This document shows positions 47,011 to 58,861 of a stretch of DNA of 64,000 bases, piece by piece. Made by a program: the position numbers and the translations under genes. A model generated the notes under the pieces. It did not search any database. It had not been told where the DNA came from and worked only from the letters and a program-made list of their open reading frames with translations. Numbering within the stretch: the first letter of the stretch is position 1; each line of letters opens with the position of its first letter. Origin of the DNA: a virus (taxonomy: Duplodnaviria; Caudoviricetes); the IMG/VR virus record IMGVR_UViG_2639762716_000004, positions 100,522 through 164,521 of that record; one strand, written 5' to 3'.

Positions 47011-47943
47011 ATGGCTACACAAAAAATTATGTGCTCTTGTTGTGGGAAAGTTCAAGCACCCACTCAGTTTTACAAATCTGAATCATTATTTAATGCTGCC
47101 ACTGGGAAGCTCACAGTTTGCAAAACATGTCTTCAAACTGAATACAAAAAAGATCCTGAAAACTTAAAACATGTACAAAGTATTTTACGCATGATTGATC
47201 GTCCTTTTATTTATGATATTTGGACAGCTTCAATTGACGAAGCAAAAACAAAATCTAAAAATGGCGATGCCAATGTTTTTGGTGTTTACATGAAAAACAT
47301 TGGGATGAAAGATTTCATCGCTAAAAACTGGTCAGACAGTGAATATGATTTTGAAGATGATCAAGAACATACTACAAAAATGCTGCTCGCTAAAAGTAAT
47401 GAAGATGTAACTCCAGAAGATATTGAGGAGTTTATTCAATTTTGGGGACGCGGTTTATCGGTTGAGGACTATTTGTGGCTTCAAAATGAGTACATTGATT
47501 TTACAAATCGGTATGAGTGCGATTCTAAAGGAATGGAACTGCTTATAAATCAAATCTGTCTTACAATGTTGGATATTCGTAAGCGCCGTGAAAATGGAGA
47601 GAAAGTCGATCAGCAACAAAAAACACTCCAAGACTTATTGGGTTCAAGTAATTTGAAGCCGGTTCAAGAATCAGGGGCTAGTGGCGTTGAGCAAGAGACC
47701 TTCGGAACATTGATAAAGAAATATGAAAACGAAAGGCCAATTCCAGAACCTGAGCCACGCTGGAAAGATCCTGATAAGATCGGTAAGTACATAAAAGTAT
47801 TTTTCTTAGGTCACTTATCAAGGATGCTTGGTATCAAGAATGAGTATTCAGATGAATATTGGAGCGAAATGCAAAAGCACACTGTTGAAGAGCCTGTAGA
47901 TGATGAAGAAGACGAGGTAACAGAAAATGGCCTCATACAGTAA
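47011..47943 (+). CDS. yonG: YonG-like protein (zinc finger; possible small terminase)
   Basis: RBS GGAGGTG before ATG 47011; CSCC/CKTC; overlaps the terminase gene. Confidence 0.75.
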   Translation: MATQKIMCSCCGKVQAPTQFYKSESLFNAATGKLTVCKTCLQTEYKKDPENLKHVQSILRMIDRPFIYDIWTASIDEAKTKSKNGDANVFGVYMKNIGMKDFIAKNWSDSEYDFEDDQEHTTKMLLAKSNEDVTPEDIEEFIQFWGRGLSVEDYLWLQNEYIDFTNRYECDSKGMELLINQICLTMLDIRKRRENGEKVDQQQKTLQDLLGSSNLKPVQESGASGVEQETFGTLIKKYENERPIPEPEPRWKDPDKIGKYIKVFFLGHLSRMLGIKNEYSDEYWSEMQKHTVEEPVDDEEDEVTENGLIQ

Positions 47944-49696
47944 CTTCACAACAGACCGTAAAAAACATAGTAAAGGTATTAACCTCTTCAATAAAGGCAG
48001 GAACTTCAACAAGAAATCTAAATCAGAAAGACTAATGGATGGTATTGGTGCTTGGGCTTCTTTTTATCGAGCAAATCCCCATCGTTTTGTAAAAGAATAC
48101 TTAGGGATAACCCTTAAACTATTTCAATGTATTTTGATTTACATGATGGTACATAACCATTATTTTATGTATTTAGCTAGTCGTGGACAGGGTAAAACTT
48201 GGTTAACGTCGGTGTACTGCTGTGTTCAAGCCATACTATTTCCTGGCACAAAGATAGTCATTGCTTCAGGAACTAAAGGACAAGCAAGAGAAGTTATTGA
48301 AAAGATTGATGATTTGCGAAAAGAGTCTCCGAATTTAAGACGAGAAATTGAGGACTTAAAAACTTCAACTAATGACGCAAGGGTTGAATTTCATAATGGT
48401 AGTTGGATTAAAATTGTTGCATCAAACGACGGAGCTCGCTCAAAACGTGCAAACCTTTTGATTGTGGACGAGTTCAGAATGGTCGATATCGAGATCATCA
48501 GTAAAGTATTAAGAAAGTTCCTTACCGCTCCAAGATCTCCAAAATATCTTGAAAAAGAAGAATATGCTCATCTAAAAGAACGAAACAAAGAAATTTACTT
48601 ATCATCCTGCTGGTATAAGGTTCACTGGTCATATAATAGATTTGTCACCTATTTTAATGCAATGATGAAAGGATCAAAATATTTTGTATGTGGCCTTCCT
48701 TATCAAATTGCCATTAAAGAAGGATTGCTTGATAAGGATCAAGTAAAAGACGAAATGTCAGAAGAAGACTTTGACCCAATTGGCTGGTCAATGGAAATGG
48801 AAGCATTGTGGTTTGGAGAATCAGAAAAGGCTTATTTTAAATTTGAAGATCTCGAAAAAAATCGAAAACTCGCCTCTCCCCTTTTCCCACCTGATTATTA
48901 TGACATCATTAAAGATTCAAATTTTAAATTTGAAAATAAAAAACCTGGTGAACTAAGGCTAATTAGCAACGACATTGCTGGCATGGCAGGTAAAGATAAT
49001 GACGCCAGTGTTTATACTATTTTCAGATTAATTCCAAATTCAAATGGTTATGATAGACACATTGTTTATATGGAGAGCATAGTTGGTGGACACACAGGTT
49101 CACAAGCAACAAGGATAAGACAATTATTTGAAGATTATTCATGTGACTATATTGTGCTAGATACTCAAAGCATTGGTCTAGGTGTATATGATGCTCTTTG
49201 TCAGCCTCTATATGATAAAGAAAGAGCTAAAGAATATGAACCACTCTCTTGTATCAATGACGAAAAAATGACTGAACGTTGCACGTATCAAAATGCCGAA
49301 AAACTCATTTACAGCATTAAAGGTAACGCTCAGTTAAATAGTGAGATTGCAGTTCTTCTTAAAGACGGATTTAAACGAGGAAAAATTAAAATCCCTATAA
49401 ATGAAAATGAAGGTCGAGAGTATTTGAAGCGATTCAAGGGATACGAAGCCTTACCAGAAGAAACCAAGGCCAAATTTGTTTCATCTTATGTTCAAATCAC
49501 CTTGTTGATCAATGAAATGATAAACCTTGAAGCTGAATACAGCGATAACGGACAAATCAAGCTAAAAGAACCTAAGAGTAAACGAAAAGACAGATATAGT
49601 TCCGTGGCGTATGGGAATTATGTTGCTACCCTTTTAGAACGAAAACTCAACAAACAAACAGAATATGACATTGATGATGATCTTGTCTACTTTTAA
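47927..49696 (+). CDS. yonF: Terminase large subunit
   Basis: Walker A ASRGQGKT, Walker B LIVDE, nuclease DIA...KDRYSS. Confidence 0.9.
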   Translation: MASYSNFTTDRKKHSKGINLFNKGRNFNKKSKSERLMDGIGAWASFYRANPHRFVKEYLGITLKLFQCILIYMMVHNHYFMYLASRGQGKTWLTSVYCCVQAILFPGTKIVIASGTKGQAREVIEKIDDLRKESPNLRREIEDLKTSTNDARVEFHNGSWIKIVASNDGARSKRANLLIVDEFRMVDIEIISKVLRKFLTAPRSPKYLEKEEYAHLKERNKEIYLSSCWYKVHWSYNRFVTYFNAMMKGSKYFVCGLPYQIAIKEGLLDKDQVKDEMSEEDFDPIGWSMEMEALWFGESEKAYFKFEDLEKNRKLASPLFPPDYYDIIKDSNFKFENKKPGELRLISNDIAGMAGKDNDASVYTIFRLIPNSNGYDRHIVYMESIVGGHTGSQATRIRQLFEDYSCDYIVLDTQSIGLGVYDALCQPLYDKERAKEYEPLSCINDEKMTERCTYQNAEKLIYSIKGNAQLNSEIAVLLKDGFKRGKIKIPINENEGREYLKRFKGYEALPEETKAKFVSSYVQITLLINEMINLEAEYSDNGQIKLKEPKSKRKDRYSSVAYGNYVATLLERKLNKQTEYDIDDDLVYF

Positions 49697-49713
49697 AAGA
49701 AATGAGGTGAATT

Positions 49714-51234
49714 ATGGCTGGTATTAATAAAATCGATATTGAATCAGAGGAGTACCAAAAGCTGCTAAACGATTACAGTACCTATGTGTCTACTTTTGCA
49801 TCTGGCTTCGTTTCTAACCTATTTTCTCAAGGTATTATAAGTGAAGTAGATGCTAAGCAGTTAAAAGAATACTTTTCTAACCCTGATAAGTTTCAGGAAG
49901 AGATAGAAAATCTTGCTCAATATTTCTATATTTCAACCGCTGAGATCCACCAACTTTTTGAGTTAATCGAAGCTCTCCCAACTTTGAATTATAAAATTGA
50001 TTCCTTTGTGAAAAGCAAGTCCTCTGATAAGCACATCTCCCTTTTAAATAAATCCCTCCATAGAGTAAAACATAAAAGATTAACACGCGACTTGCTAAAA
50101 CAAACTGCAGCAGCAGGAACACTCGTTGGAATTTGGCTAGGAGATGAAAAATCCCCCTACCCTTTTGTGTTCGACAGCGTTAAATATGTTTTTCCAGCTT
50201 TCAGAAGAAATGGTGATTGGGTTTGTTTAATCAATATGGAGTATTTCAGCAACTTCAAAGAGGACTATAGAAAAGAGTTGCTAAACAGCTTTTCCCCTTT
50301 CATTAAGAATTCAGATTATGAAAACTTCCTAAAAGATCGTGAGAAATACAGATATAAGGAACTCCCACAAGAACGGACATTCCCGCTTCGAACCGGAACT
50401 TTAAAAAGGAATCAAGGGTTAGGTACATCTTGGGTAACACCAGGTTTATATGATGTTCTACATAAGAAGAAACTTAAAGACGTTGAAAGAGCTATCGCCA
50501 ATAAAATCATTAATGCAGTTGCTGTTTTAACCATCGGGACTGATAAAGTTAAAGGCGAGTACACAAATCTTAAGCTTCCAAGACCAGTAAAGCAAAAAAT
50601 TCATTCTGGAGTGAAGGCTGCTTTAGAAAAAAACAATAGAGATGGAGTTACAGTCGTTTCCATCCCCGACTTTGCAAATTTGGAGTTCCCGGATGTAAAA
50701 GCCGATGGATTAGACGGAACAAAATTTGATCACATCAACAGTGACATACAATCTGCTTATGGTTTATCAGGATCTTTGCTAAATGGTGATGGCGGCAACT
50801 ATGCAACTTCCTCATTAAACTTAGATACCTTTTACAAAAGAATTGGCGTCTTAATGGAGGAAGTTGAACAGGAAGTATATCAAAAACTCTTTAACCTTAT
50901 CCTTCCTGCAGGTCAAAAAGATAATTATTACATGAACTATGACAAAGATAAGCCTTTAACTCTTAAAGAAAAGATGGACATTCTCATTAAGCTTAATGAT
51001 AAAGGTTGGTCAATTAAACATGTAATCGACAATATTGCAGGCGTGTCATGGGAAAGTTATTTGGAACAAACTTTATATGAAACAGATGAATTGAATCTTC
51101 AAGATAAGATAAAGCCTTATCAAACATCCTATACATATACAGGCAATGAAGCTGGACACCCTGTTGTAGATGAAAGTACTAATGAAAACACTATTAAATC
51201 TGCAACATCAAATGGAAACAGCTTACCAGACTAA
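49714..51234 (+). CDS. yonE: Portal protein
   Basis: 506 aa immediately after terminase; SPbeta synteny. Confidence 0.8.
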   Translation: MAGINKIDIESEEYQKLLNDYSTYVSTFASGFVSNLFSQGIISEVDAKQLKEYFSNPDKFQEEIENLAQYFYISTAEIHQLFELIEALPTLNYKIDSFVKSKSSDKHISLLNKSLHRVKHKRLTRDLLKQTAAAGTLVGIWLGDEKSPYPFVFDSVKYVFPAFRRNGDWVCLINMEYFSNFKEDYRKELLNSFSPFIKNSDYENFLKDREKYRYKELPQERTFPLRTGTLKRNQGLGTSWVTPGLYDVLHKKKLKDVERAIANKIINAVAVLTIGTDKVKGEYTNLKLPRPVKQKIHSGVKAALEKNNRDGVTVVSIPDFANLEFPDVKADGLDGTKFDHINSDIQSAYGLSGSLLNGDGGNYATSSLNLDTFYKRIGVLMEEVEQEVYQKLFNLILPAGQKDNYYMNYDKDKPLTLKEKMDILIKLNDKGWSIKHVIDNIAGVSWESYLEQTLYETDELNLQDKIKPYQTSYTYTGNEAGHPVVDESTNENTIKSATSNGNSLPD

Positions 51235-51255
51235 TTTGCAATGTTTTGAAAGGAG

Positions 51256-52707
51256 GTGAATAAACGTTTGGCCAAAGAGCAAAAGAAAAAAGTTTTTCAA
51301 TTGCAGCTAAATGAGATAAAGAAAACAGATGATCCCACAAAGCTCCCCTGCACTTTTATCATTTTTGACTTTGAGGCATCTCATAACAATACAGTCATTT
51401 CTAAGGAAGTTGCTTTGGACGCCTCCCCTACTATTATCAATAAGCCTATTGTTGCAAAATACCATGAGGTTGAAGAAAACAACACTGCTACTGATGCTCT
51501 TGGATCTCATGAAGCATATTTAGGCACTGATAAACACGGTGAACTTGAAGTAAAGACGGATACCACCCCAATCGGCGTGTTTACTTCTGAAGGATACATC
51601 ATGGAGATCGATACTCCAGAAGGGAAAAAGGAAGTTTTGGCCGCCGATGCAGTTTTATGGAGTTCGCGTTTCAGCGATGCCTGTGAGCTTTTATTGGAAT
51701 GGTATTCGCGGGGCATCAATATAAACACAAGCTGTGAAATTCTATACTCAAATTACTCTGTTAAAGATGGAATAGAGTACATTGAAACACCTATTTATTT
51801 AGAAGGTCATGCGATCTTGAATTCTGAGAAACGAGGAGAACACGATATCGTCCTCCCTGCTTATGATTCATCTCGTTTAGTGAGCTTTAATGAGATGGTA
51901 AAATTCGAGAAATTAATAGCGCAAGCCGCTATCCAAGAAAAACAAAAGGAAGGTGAAAAAGTGGATAAATTTAAAAAAGTCTTTGAGTTATCACATTCAG
52001 ACATAAGAGCACTTATCTATAATCAGCTTGATCCAACTCTCGAATCAAATGAGGAATCATATATTGCTGATGTGTATGATTCATATTTTATTGTAAACAT
52101 TTATAGTTGGTCTGAAGATAATTCTTACGACAAATATTACAAAATTAACTACACCAAAAATGGGGATACACTGACAATTGATTTGGACTCTAAAACAGAA
52201 GTCTTCTTAAAAAGAAACTGGGAAGAAGTTGTCCCTGAAGAAATTGTTAGTCAGTTAAATGAAAAAGACACAACAATTTCAGAGCTCTCTAATCAGTTTA
52301 ATGAAATAAAAGAGAGTAAATCCAAGCTTGAAGAGCAGTTCAATGCGGCAAGTGAAAAGCTCGTTCAATTAAACTCTGTTGTAGAAGAGCTAAAACCTTT
52401 CAAGGAAAAACATGAAAAAGCAGAGTTCGAAAAAAGAGCTCAAGAAAAGAAAGAATTCTATAAGTCTAAATTTGAAGCTCTTAATGCTGAAGAGAAATAT
52501 GAAACTGAAGAAGTTCAAAATCTTATTCTAGCATCTGCTAAAGACAACGAAGAAGCCGATAAAGCAGTTCTTCAATTGAATTCAATGTTGGTCGAACTTG
52601 TTGATCATGCAACTGATCAAGATGGAATTTTTATTAGAGAGATGTCCAGCAAACGTGAAAAATTACTAAAAGATGATGATTCGTTTGAATCGCGTTATTC
52701 ATCTTAA
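51256..52707 (+). CDS. yonD: Prohead protease/scaffold
   Basis: Protease-like N-half (NTSCEI) plus coiled-coil C-half; synteny. Confidence 0.75.
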   Translation: MNKRLAKEQKKKVFQLQLNEIKKTDDPTKLPCTFIIFDFEASHNNTVISKEVALDASPTIINKPIVAKYHEVEENNTATDALGSHEAYLGTDKHGELEVKTDTTPIGVFTSEGYIMEIDTPEGKKEVLAADAVLWSSRFSDACELLLEWYSRGININTSCEILYSNYSVKDGIEYIETPIYLEGHAILNSEKRGEHDIVLPAYDSSRLVSFNEMVKFEKLIAQAAIQEKQKEGEKVDKFKKVFELSHSDIRALIYNQLDPTLESNEESYIADVYDSYFIVNIYSWSEDNSYDKYYKINYTKNGDTLTIDLDSKTEVFLKRNWEEVVPEEIVSQLNEKDTTISELSNQFNEIKESKSKLEEQFNAASEKLVQLNSVVEELKPFKEKHEKAEFEKRAQEKKEFYKSKFEALNAEEKYETEEVQNLILASAKDNEEADKAVLQLNSMLVELVDHATDQDGIFIREMSSKREKLLKDDDSFESRYSS

Positions 52708-52732
52708 AAAACTTAAAATGGAGGATTTATAA

Positions 52733-53335
52733 ATGGCTACTAGACTACAAACTGCCCTCACAGAAGTAGGCACACACACTACTGGTAACTTGAATTCATT
52801 AAAAATCAAAACTCTTGCTCACGGTGCTAAGGTGTCTGGATCAGATATCGACAACTTTATGCTTGTGGAACTCGGTTTTGATGAAGAAGGAAATCGCATT
52901 GCAAAAAAACTTTCCGACAAAAAGCACAGAGCTTATTTAATTGCAGCTCCAGAAGTTCGTTATTTGGGCGAGTCCTTGACTGATTTCTATAATGCTAAAG
53001 GTGAACATGCTCGTATCGTTATTTTGGAACCAGGATACACACGTTTTGATGTTTCTGCTTTTTCTCTGAATGAAGGCGTCAAAGAAGTTAAACGAGGACA
53101 AGTGGCGCACTTTGATATTAAAACTGAAAAATACATTTTAAGTGACCCCGCTTCACCACATGCTGACTTTGCAGACTCTTCTGCTAAATTCCTTGTTGTA
53201 AACAGCGAGGATGATCTCCAATACACAATGGGACAAAAGCTCGTACGTCTCGAAGTAATCACAGGATCAGAAACAGGATTAGTCCCAGGAACAAGTGTAG
53301 AAACTCAAACTAAAGCCGTAGACATTGGTGATTAA
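52733..53335 (+). CDS. yonC: Head decoration/structural protein
   Basis: Between scaffold and capsid genes. Confidence 0.7.
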   Translation: MATRLQTALTEVGTHTTGNLNSLKIKTLAHGAKVSGSDIDNFMLVELGFDEEGNRIAKKLSDKKHRAYLIAAPEVRYLGESLTDFYNAKGEHARIVILEPGYTRFDVSAFSLNEGVKEVKRGQVAHFDIKTEKYILSDPASPHADFADSSAKFLVVNSEDDLQYTMGQKLVRLEVITGSETGLVPGTSVETQTKAVDIGD

Positions 53336-53379
53336 TACATAAATTTGAACAAACACTTATTTGAAAAGGAGTACGTTAT

Positions 53380-54396
53380 ATGAAACTTGACACTGTAAAA
53401 ATTAAAGGCTTATTCAGCCGTGTGGTTAACAATAAGATGGAAGCCACAGATAAATCAGACATCGAAACTTATATTAAAAAAGTATTTGGTGATGGAACTG
53501 TAACTCCTGACCCTTCCATGTTGCATCAGTTTAATACACTTGTTGTCCAACAGGCTGATGAGATCGCAAAACCGATGGTAACGAATCTTCTTTCGTTATT
53601 TGCAAATCTCGAACAAGAGAAGCCAGGGAATCTAAAACTAATCAAAATCCCTAAGAAAAACAAAGCAAAAGTGATTTGGTCTGCTAGTGGATCAGGCGTT
53701 GATCTGGTTCGAGTTGAAGGTCGGGAAAATGTACCTGCTGTTCCTCGTATACTATCTACTGGTTTTTACTATGAACCGCTTGATCTTGTAACTGATTCTG
53801 TCGAGTATTTCAACAAATTAGTTAATGACATTGCCAATGCAAAAGTTCGTTTGTATTTGGATAATATTCATCAATTAACGGCTGCTGCTATTGCTAAAGG
53901 GAAAATTCCGCCAAAAAACGTGGCTGTTGGTTCAAACCTTACATTACAAAAATATTATGAAGTTGCTTCAGTTCTTCAACGTTATGGAGGTAGGCCAGTA
54001 TTTGTTGGAGACTCCCTTCTTATTGATTACTTTGCTTTCCAACAAGCTACAGATTCTACATATAAAAACCTTCTAACTGATGGCATTAAAAATGAGCTTC
54101 TAACTGCTTTAAACCCTACTACAATTGGAAGAACTACTGCAGTAAACCTCACAAACCCATTCACTGATGAAACTAACTCAAAAGTTGAGTTGCCTGTAAA
54201 CAAAGGTTATATGTTTGCTGGTGGAGTGTCACAAAAACCATTCTCTATCGTTGAGTACGGTGGACTTAAACAGTTAACTGAACAGGATATTGAAGATGAA
54301 AGAATTAAAATGAAAATCACTCAATCTGCTTCTGTTAACCTTCTGTTTGGTGAAGCGATTGGAATTATCGAGGAACAAGCAGCAGTATCTATCTAA
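53380..54396 (+). CDS. yonB: Major capsid protein
   Basis: 338 aa, synteny. Confidence 0.75.
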   Translation: MKLDTVKIKGLFSRVVNNKMEATDKSDIETYIKKVFGDGTVTPDPSMLHQFNTLVVQQADEIAKPMVTNLLSLFANLEQEKPGNLKLIKIPKKNKAKVIWSASGSGVDLVRVEGRENVPAVPRILSTGFYYEPLDLVTDSVEYFNKLVNDIANAKVRLYLDNIHQLTAAAIAKGKIPPKNVAVGSNLTLQKYYEVASVLQRYGGRPVFVGDSLLIDYFAFQQATDSTYKNLLTDGIKNELLTALNPTTIGRTTAVNLTNPFTDETNSKVELPVNKGYMFAGGVSQKPFSIVEYGGLKQLTEQDIEDERIKMKITQSASVNLLFGEAIGIIEEQAAVSI

Positions 54397-54430
54397 GTAT
54401 TTATTTTAAAGGATAAACTAGGAGGAAATT

Positions 54431-54901
54431 ATGTCTGATAAAGTTAAATTGGCTCGTTATAGAAACACTTCTTATTTTGTTGGGTACACTGGAGATGGTG
54501 GACTTAAACAATTCACTTGGTCAGGTAGTAAAAATGGTAAGGCTGAGATCAAAGAAGTTCCTAGAGATGTTGTTGACTGGTTAACAATGAACAGCGTCTG
54601 CTTTGATAAAGGTGAATTGGTTATTGTCGATGAAGGTGATTCGACAAGAGAAATTAAGGAGTCTATTGTTAATGCGGAAGCATATACAAACAACACTCAC
54701 ACAAAAGAAGAAATCACAAAAATGATCAAAACAGGTAACATTGCACAGATGAAAAGTAAACTCGAAAAGATAACAGTTGACTCGGAAAAACAGTTTGTTA
54801 TTGATGTTGCCTCTGAATTTAGTGATGATATCCCTGCTGGAAAACTTAAAGCATTAGCTGAATGGATGGGTGTCGAAGATCCTTCCTTGCTTTTTGACTA
54901 G
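54431..54901 (+). CDS. yonA: Virion morphogenesis protein
   Basis: Synteny, 156 aa. Confidence 0.7.
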   Translation: MSDKVKLARYRNTSYFVGYTGDGGLKQFTWSGSKNGKAEIKEVPRDVVDWLTMNSVCFDKGELVIVDEGDSTREIKESIVNAEAYTNNTHTKEEITKMIKTGNIAQMKSKLEKITVDSEKQFVIDVASEFSDDIPAGKLKALAEWMGVEDPSLLFD

Positions 54902-54912
54902 GAGGTTCCATA

Positions 54913-55311
54913 ATGACTTCTTATGATGAAATTTGGGAGTTCTTCTTGCTAAACTGCAAAACGTCTGATATCAATTTACCCACAGACGAAACTCTAATTT
55001 ATAAGTCTATAAGGAATGCAGTTCTTCGATTCAACAACAGACTTCGCGACAAAAAATTAAAGTGTAACGATGAAACCGAAACAGTAGATAGAGTAATGAA
55101 CGAGGACGATTTATTGATTCTCGTTCATTATTTACGTCTAATTTTTTTAACTAATGAACAGACTTTTTTCCAGACAACATGGCAGCCATTTGCAAAAGAC
55201 GTTGGCGTTACTAACTATGGTACACAAATCAATTCATTAGGAAAGTCTATCGAAGAGCAAAAAGCAGAAATTGATCGCCTCATTATGAATACAGAGGTGG
55301 ACTATTTATGA
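54913..55311 (+). CDS. yomZ: Putative head-tail adaptor
   Basis: Synteny, 132 aa. Confidence 0.65.
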   Translation: MTSYDEIWEFFLLNCKTSDINLPTDETLIYKSIRNAVLRFNNRLRDKKLKCNDETETVDRVMNEDDLLILVHYLRLIFLTNEQTFFQTTWQPFAKDVGVTNYGTQINSLGKSIEEQKAEIDRLIMNTEVDYL

Positions 55312-55550
55312 GCAACAAAAGTGTTTTTCAACCCTTTAATGAAGGACAGGCACCTTTCTCATTGCAAGAACACTGCATAAGATTAAGTAAGAAAAACAAC
55401 TCTGTTCTTTATAAAGTAGAGCAATATCTAAATAAGAAAATGCTTGCTGATGCAGAACTGGCTGAAATTCGGGAAATTATTTTGGACGTGAGTGCTGAAA
55501 TCGTAAGATTAGGTCAATACCTATCCGGTGATTTGAATGAAAGACTTTAG
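55308..55550 (+). CDS. yomY: Hypothetical morphogenesis protein
   Basis: Synteny, 80 aa. Confidence 0.6.
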   Translation: MSNKSVFQPFNEGQAPFSLQEHCIRLSKKNNSVLYKVEQYLNKKMLADAELAEIREIILDVSAEIVRLGQYLSGDLNERL

Positions 55551-56196
55551 GAATTATCATCAGATTGATACTAATAAAAAAATAGAACATGATGGAAAAT
55601 TGATTTTTCAGGCTGGTCTAAAAGGATTTCAATCCGAGACTGTATCAATTGACGGGAAAGAATCGATACATTGTTTGATTACCTCGAAGTATTCCAATGG
55701 CGATGGAATGACTAAATACATTCTTGGACTGCCCGAAGATATCTATATTGGAGGAGTTGTTAAATGGGGTACTGAGCAATGGTTAATCAGTACATTCCCA
55801 AGCTTTAATAAAATTTATAAAAAAGCAGAAATTAGACTGTGCAACTCCTCAATAAAGATAACCACAAATGACAAATGGATTGATTCAGACAAGATAAGTG
55901 AAGTTACTGGTAAACCAATCAAAGTTAAAGTGCCTGGAGAAGTTATTGAAATACCCTGCATTTTTGAACGATCCACATCTATAAATGGGACTGACCTCGC
56001 TGTAAATCTCCCTGACGGCCAAGCGAACATCACAATTCCAAATGTAAATAACGACAAAATTAAAATTGGGCTCCTCCTCTCTTTCTTTGGTGAGGATTAT
56101 CTTGTTAATGACATTGATTACTCTAAGGTTTATGGAGATCACGGCACAATAAAATTAATTGCTAAAAAGAAAGTCAGAGGTGATGGTAGTGCATGA
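55537..56196 (+). CDS. yomX: Putative head closure protein
   Basis: Synteny, 219 aa. Confidence 0.65.
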   Translation: MKDFRNYHQIDTNKKIEHDGKLIFQAGLKGFQSETVSIDGKESIHCLITSKYSNGDGMTKYILGLPEDIYIGGVVKWGTEQWLISTFPSFNKIYKKAEIRLCNSSIKITTNDKWIDSDKISEVTGKPIKVKVPGEVIEIPCIFERSTSINGTDLAVNLPDGQANITIPNVNNDKIKIGLLLSFFGEDYLVNDIDYSKVYGDHGTIKLIAKKKVRGDGSA

Positions 56197-56723
56197 GCAA
56201 TATGGTTGAACACATGACCAAGATTTTCAGAACATTGATTAATGATTCTGAGCTCAACAGGCTTCTGTATTATAAGGACAACCCCCTCTCCCCTGACCTC
56301 CCTGATGTTCAGGACTTAGAAGGCTATGAAGTCGAAACAACTGTTGAAGAAGATGGAAAAGTCCGCATTATCCCCCCTATTTTCAAGACAATCTTCAAAA
56401 GAGCTCCCAAAACCGATGACATTACTGAATCACCAATCTGTAGAGTATGCATGTATTTGGGAAGTGGCTTATCAAAGCCCTCTAATCAAAGCTATTTGCT
56501 TATGGATCAAGACCTTCATATTGATGTCTACACTCATATTGAGACATATGAAGAAAATGAATTTAGATCTTTAAAAATTTTGGACAGGTTATCTGAGCTT
56601 CTTTTCAATAAAAATATCGCTGGCTTCGGAAAGGCTATGGCTCCTAAAAGAATGCTGATCGGAAACCCACCTGCTGGGTATTTGGGTTATAAAATGATTT
56701 TCACATTCGGAGCAATGAAATGA
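56193..56723 (+). CDS. yomW: Putative tail terminator
   Basis: Synteny, 176 aa. Confidence 0.65.
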   Translation: MSNMVEHMTKIFRTLINDSELNRLLYYKDNPLSPDLPDVQDLEGYEVETTVEEDGKVRIIPPIFKTIFKRAPKTDDITESPICRVCMYLGSGLSKPSNQSYLLMDQDLHIDVYTHIETYEENEFRSLKILDRLSELLFNKNIAGFGKAMAPKRMLIGNPPAGYLGYKMIFTFGAMK

Positions 56724-57439
56724 ACGAAAATTCTCAAAAACTATTTATCTTAGGTATCCCCGTTGACACTCCTATTGGTAAGTGCCATTTCCTCAAAATG
56801 AAGGATTACAACGACTATGCGGCATACCTGAACTTAATAAAGATGAGCAAAAATGAGATTGTTTATAGATATAGCCAGCTTAATAAAAACGGTGAATTAA
56901 ACGAGTTTATTGAAGAAATGAAGAAGCTACCTCTTTTTGATATCGTTAATCAATTACCAAATTTCAATGAGGCTTATTCTGAAGTGTTCCAAAAGGTCTT
57001 TCAGAATGAGGATATATTTGAATTAATTGATCGAGATAATTTCATTTCAATAAGAAAACTCATTATAGAAATGCACTGTCTCAAAGAAGAAAAGATTAGC
57101 CCAAACCCAGAAGTTCAACGAAGAATCGAGCAAAGCAAAAGATTAAAAAGACAAGAACAAGAGCTGCTTGAAGTGTATGACATGATTAGTTCAATTATGG
57201 CCTTTACAGGTGTCCCATACAAAGAAATTGCAGAGATGACAATGTATCAAATGTATATGACCTTTTATCGCATTGATAGGATCAAGGATTACGATACATC
57301 TATTTTATTTGCAACAGTATCCCCTGAAGCAGGTAAAAATATCAAACACTGGAGTGAACATGTTGACCTCTTTGAAGAAGAGAGTCATGCACTGACAGAT
57401 GAACAAGTCAAAAACTTAAAAAGATTGCTTCAAGGCTGA
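56720..57439 (+). CDS. yomV: Tail assembly-related protein
   Basis: Synteny, 239 aa. Confidence 0.65.
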   Translation: MNENSQKLFILGIPVDTPIGKCHFLKMKDYNDYAAYLNLIKMSKNEIVYRYSQLNKNGELNEFIEEMKKLPLFDIVNQLPNFNEAYSEVFQKVFQNEDIFELIDRDNFISIRKLIIEMHCLKEEKISPNPEVQRRIEQSKRLKRQEQELLEVYDMISSIMAFTGVPYKEIAEMTMYQMYMTFYRIDRIKDYDTSILFATVSPEAGKNIKHWSEHVDLFEEESHALTDEQVKNLKRLLQG

Positions 57440-57483
57440 TTAATCATCAGTCTTTTTTTATTTAAATTCAAGGAGGATATTTA

Positions 57484-58290
57484 ATGACCAAGAAAACAGT
57501 TATTCATGATACAGCAGATGTCTATTGGAAAAGAAAATCCGATGGACATGTAATTTCTGCTGCCGAAGCTCAATTGGCTTCTATTTCTCAATCAATTTCA
57601 GAAGAAGAGTTAAAAGGTGGTATTGGGAATAAAACTCTTTATCTCCTTCGTTCTGATAAGTCAATTGATGCAAAGGTTAAAAATGCATTCTTTGACATGG
57701 AATTCATGGCAATGACTCAAGGGGTTGCAATTGAAGAAAACAAATTCAATGTATTTGAACGTGAAGATGTAACAGTTGATACAGATAAGACAGTTAAACT
57801 ACAGAAAACTCCTGTTGGTACGGTATCACTTAAAAATAGCAAAGGTGCAACTGTACAAGCTGAATTTAAAGATGGCGTAGTTACGGTTCCTGAAGGTTTT
57901 GCTAAAAAGGGAGATGTACTAACTGCAGTATACAAAGTTGAAGTAACTGGTGAAACAGTTGAAATCAACACGAACAAATTCTCTGAAATGTACGAGCTTG
58001 AATATCACACTATTGAGTATGATCCGGACACTGGTGTTGTTTATAGTGACCTCTATATTCAATTTGACAAAGTTGCACCATCTGGTGAATTTGAAATGTC
58101 TCTTGAAAATGGCTCTGCCTACACGCCGGAGCTTTCATTTAAGGTTCTTGCAGCAGACAGCAAAGGTAAAATTGGTAGGTTCGCACGAGTACCTCGGATT
58201 GAAACCGGCACACCTGTAACCCCCTCCCCTGCTCCAGATACAGGTTCAGATACAGAAACTCAAACTAAAGCTGTAGGTATTGGTGACTAA
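57484..58290 (+). CDS. yomU: Major tail (tube) protein
   Basis: 268 aa, beta-rich, Pro/Thr linker tail; synteny. Confidence 0.7.
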   Translation: MTKKTVIHDTADVYWKRKSDGHVISAAEAQLASISQSISEEELKGGIGNKTLYLLRSDKSIDAKVKNAFFDMEFMAMTQGVAIEENKFNVFEREDVTVDTDKTVKLQKTPVGTVSLKNSKGATVQAEFKDGVVTVPEGFAKKGDVLTAVYKVEVTGETVEINTNKFSEMYELEYHTIEYDPDTGVVYSDLYIQFDKVAPSGEFEMSLENGSAYTPELSFKVLAADSKGKIGRFARVPRIETGTPVTPSPAPDTGSDTETQTKAVGIGD

Positions 58291-58329
58291 AATAATCAAA
58301 ATTTAAAACATAAGTAAGGAGAGAATATA

Positions 58330-58773
58330 TTGGCAAATCAATTTCTAAATGAAAGTAATGGTGTTTTTACTTCCTCAAGGGACAATGGGCAAGGTAAGCC
58401 TGTTACAGACGTTCATCTTTTAGGTATGGCTGATGGCATCCTTTCTCCACGTGTTATTCCAGAAACCTATCTTGAAAACGCAACGGTTAAAGCTGGAGAA
58501 TCGGTTTATCTGAATATTGACGCCAAAGGAAACGGCCTGGGATTGGGTATTTATTTAAATCAAAAGACTAATCTTACCGTTAAGCTTACCTATATCATCC
58601 CTGGAACAAGTAACTACACAATTAAAGAGTATGAAGATGTGTTGACACTCCAAGACAATGATAGGGGTCTTAATAAAGTAGATGTTCTCTCTTCATCTCC
58701 ACGAATCATGATTACAAACAGTGGAACTGCAGACGTCAGCATTAAAAGCCTGGTTATCACCCATTTTGCATAA
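58330..58773 (+). CDS. Putative virion accessory protein
   Basis: 147 aa, beta-rich; followed by a terminator at ~58786-58812. Confidence 0.65.
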   Translation: MANQFLNESNGVFTSSRDNGQGKPVTDVHLLGMADGILSPRVIPETYLENATVKAGESVYLNIDAKGNGLGLGIYLNQKTNLTVKLTYIIPGTSNYTIKEYEDVLTLQDNDRGLNKVDVLSSSPRIMITNSGTADVSIKSLVITHFA

Positions 58774-58861
58774 AGCGAGACAAATGAGGGGACTTCTCCC
58801 CTCTCCTTTTTTATTTAAATAAAATACAAGTTTTATACAAATCAATGTAAGGAGGCTGTAG

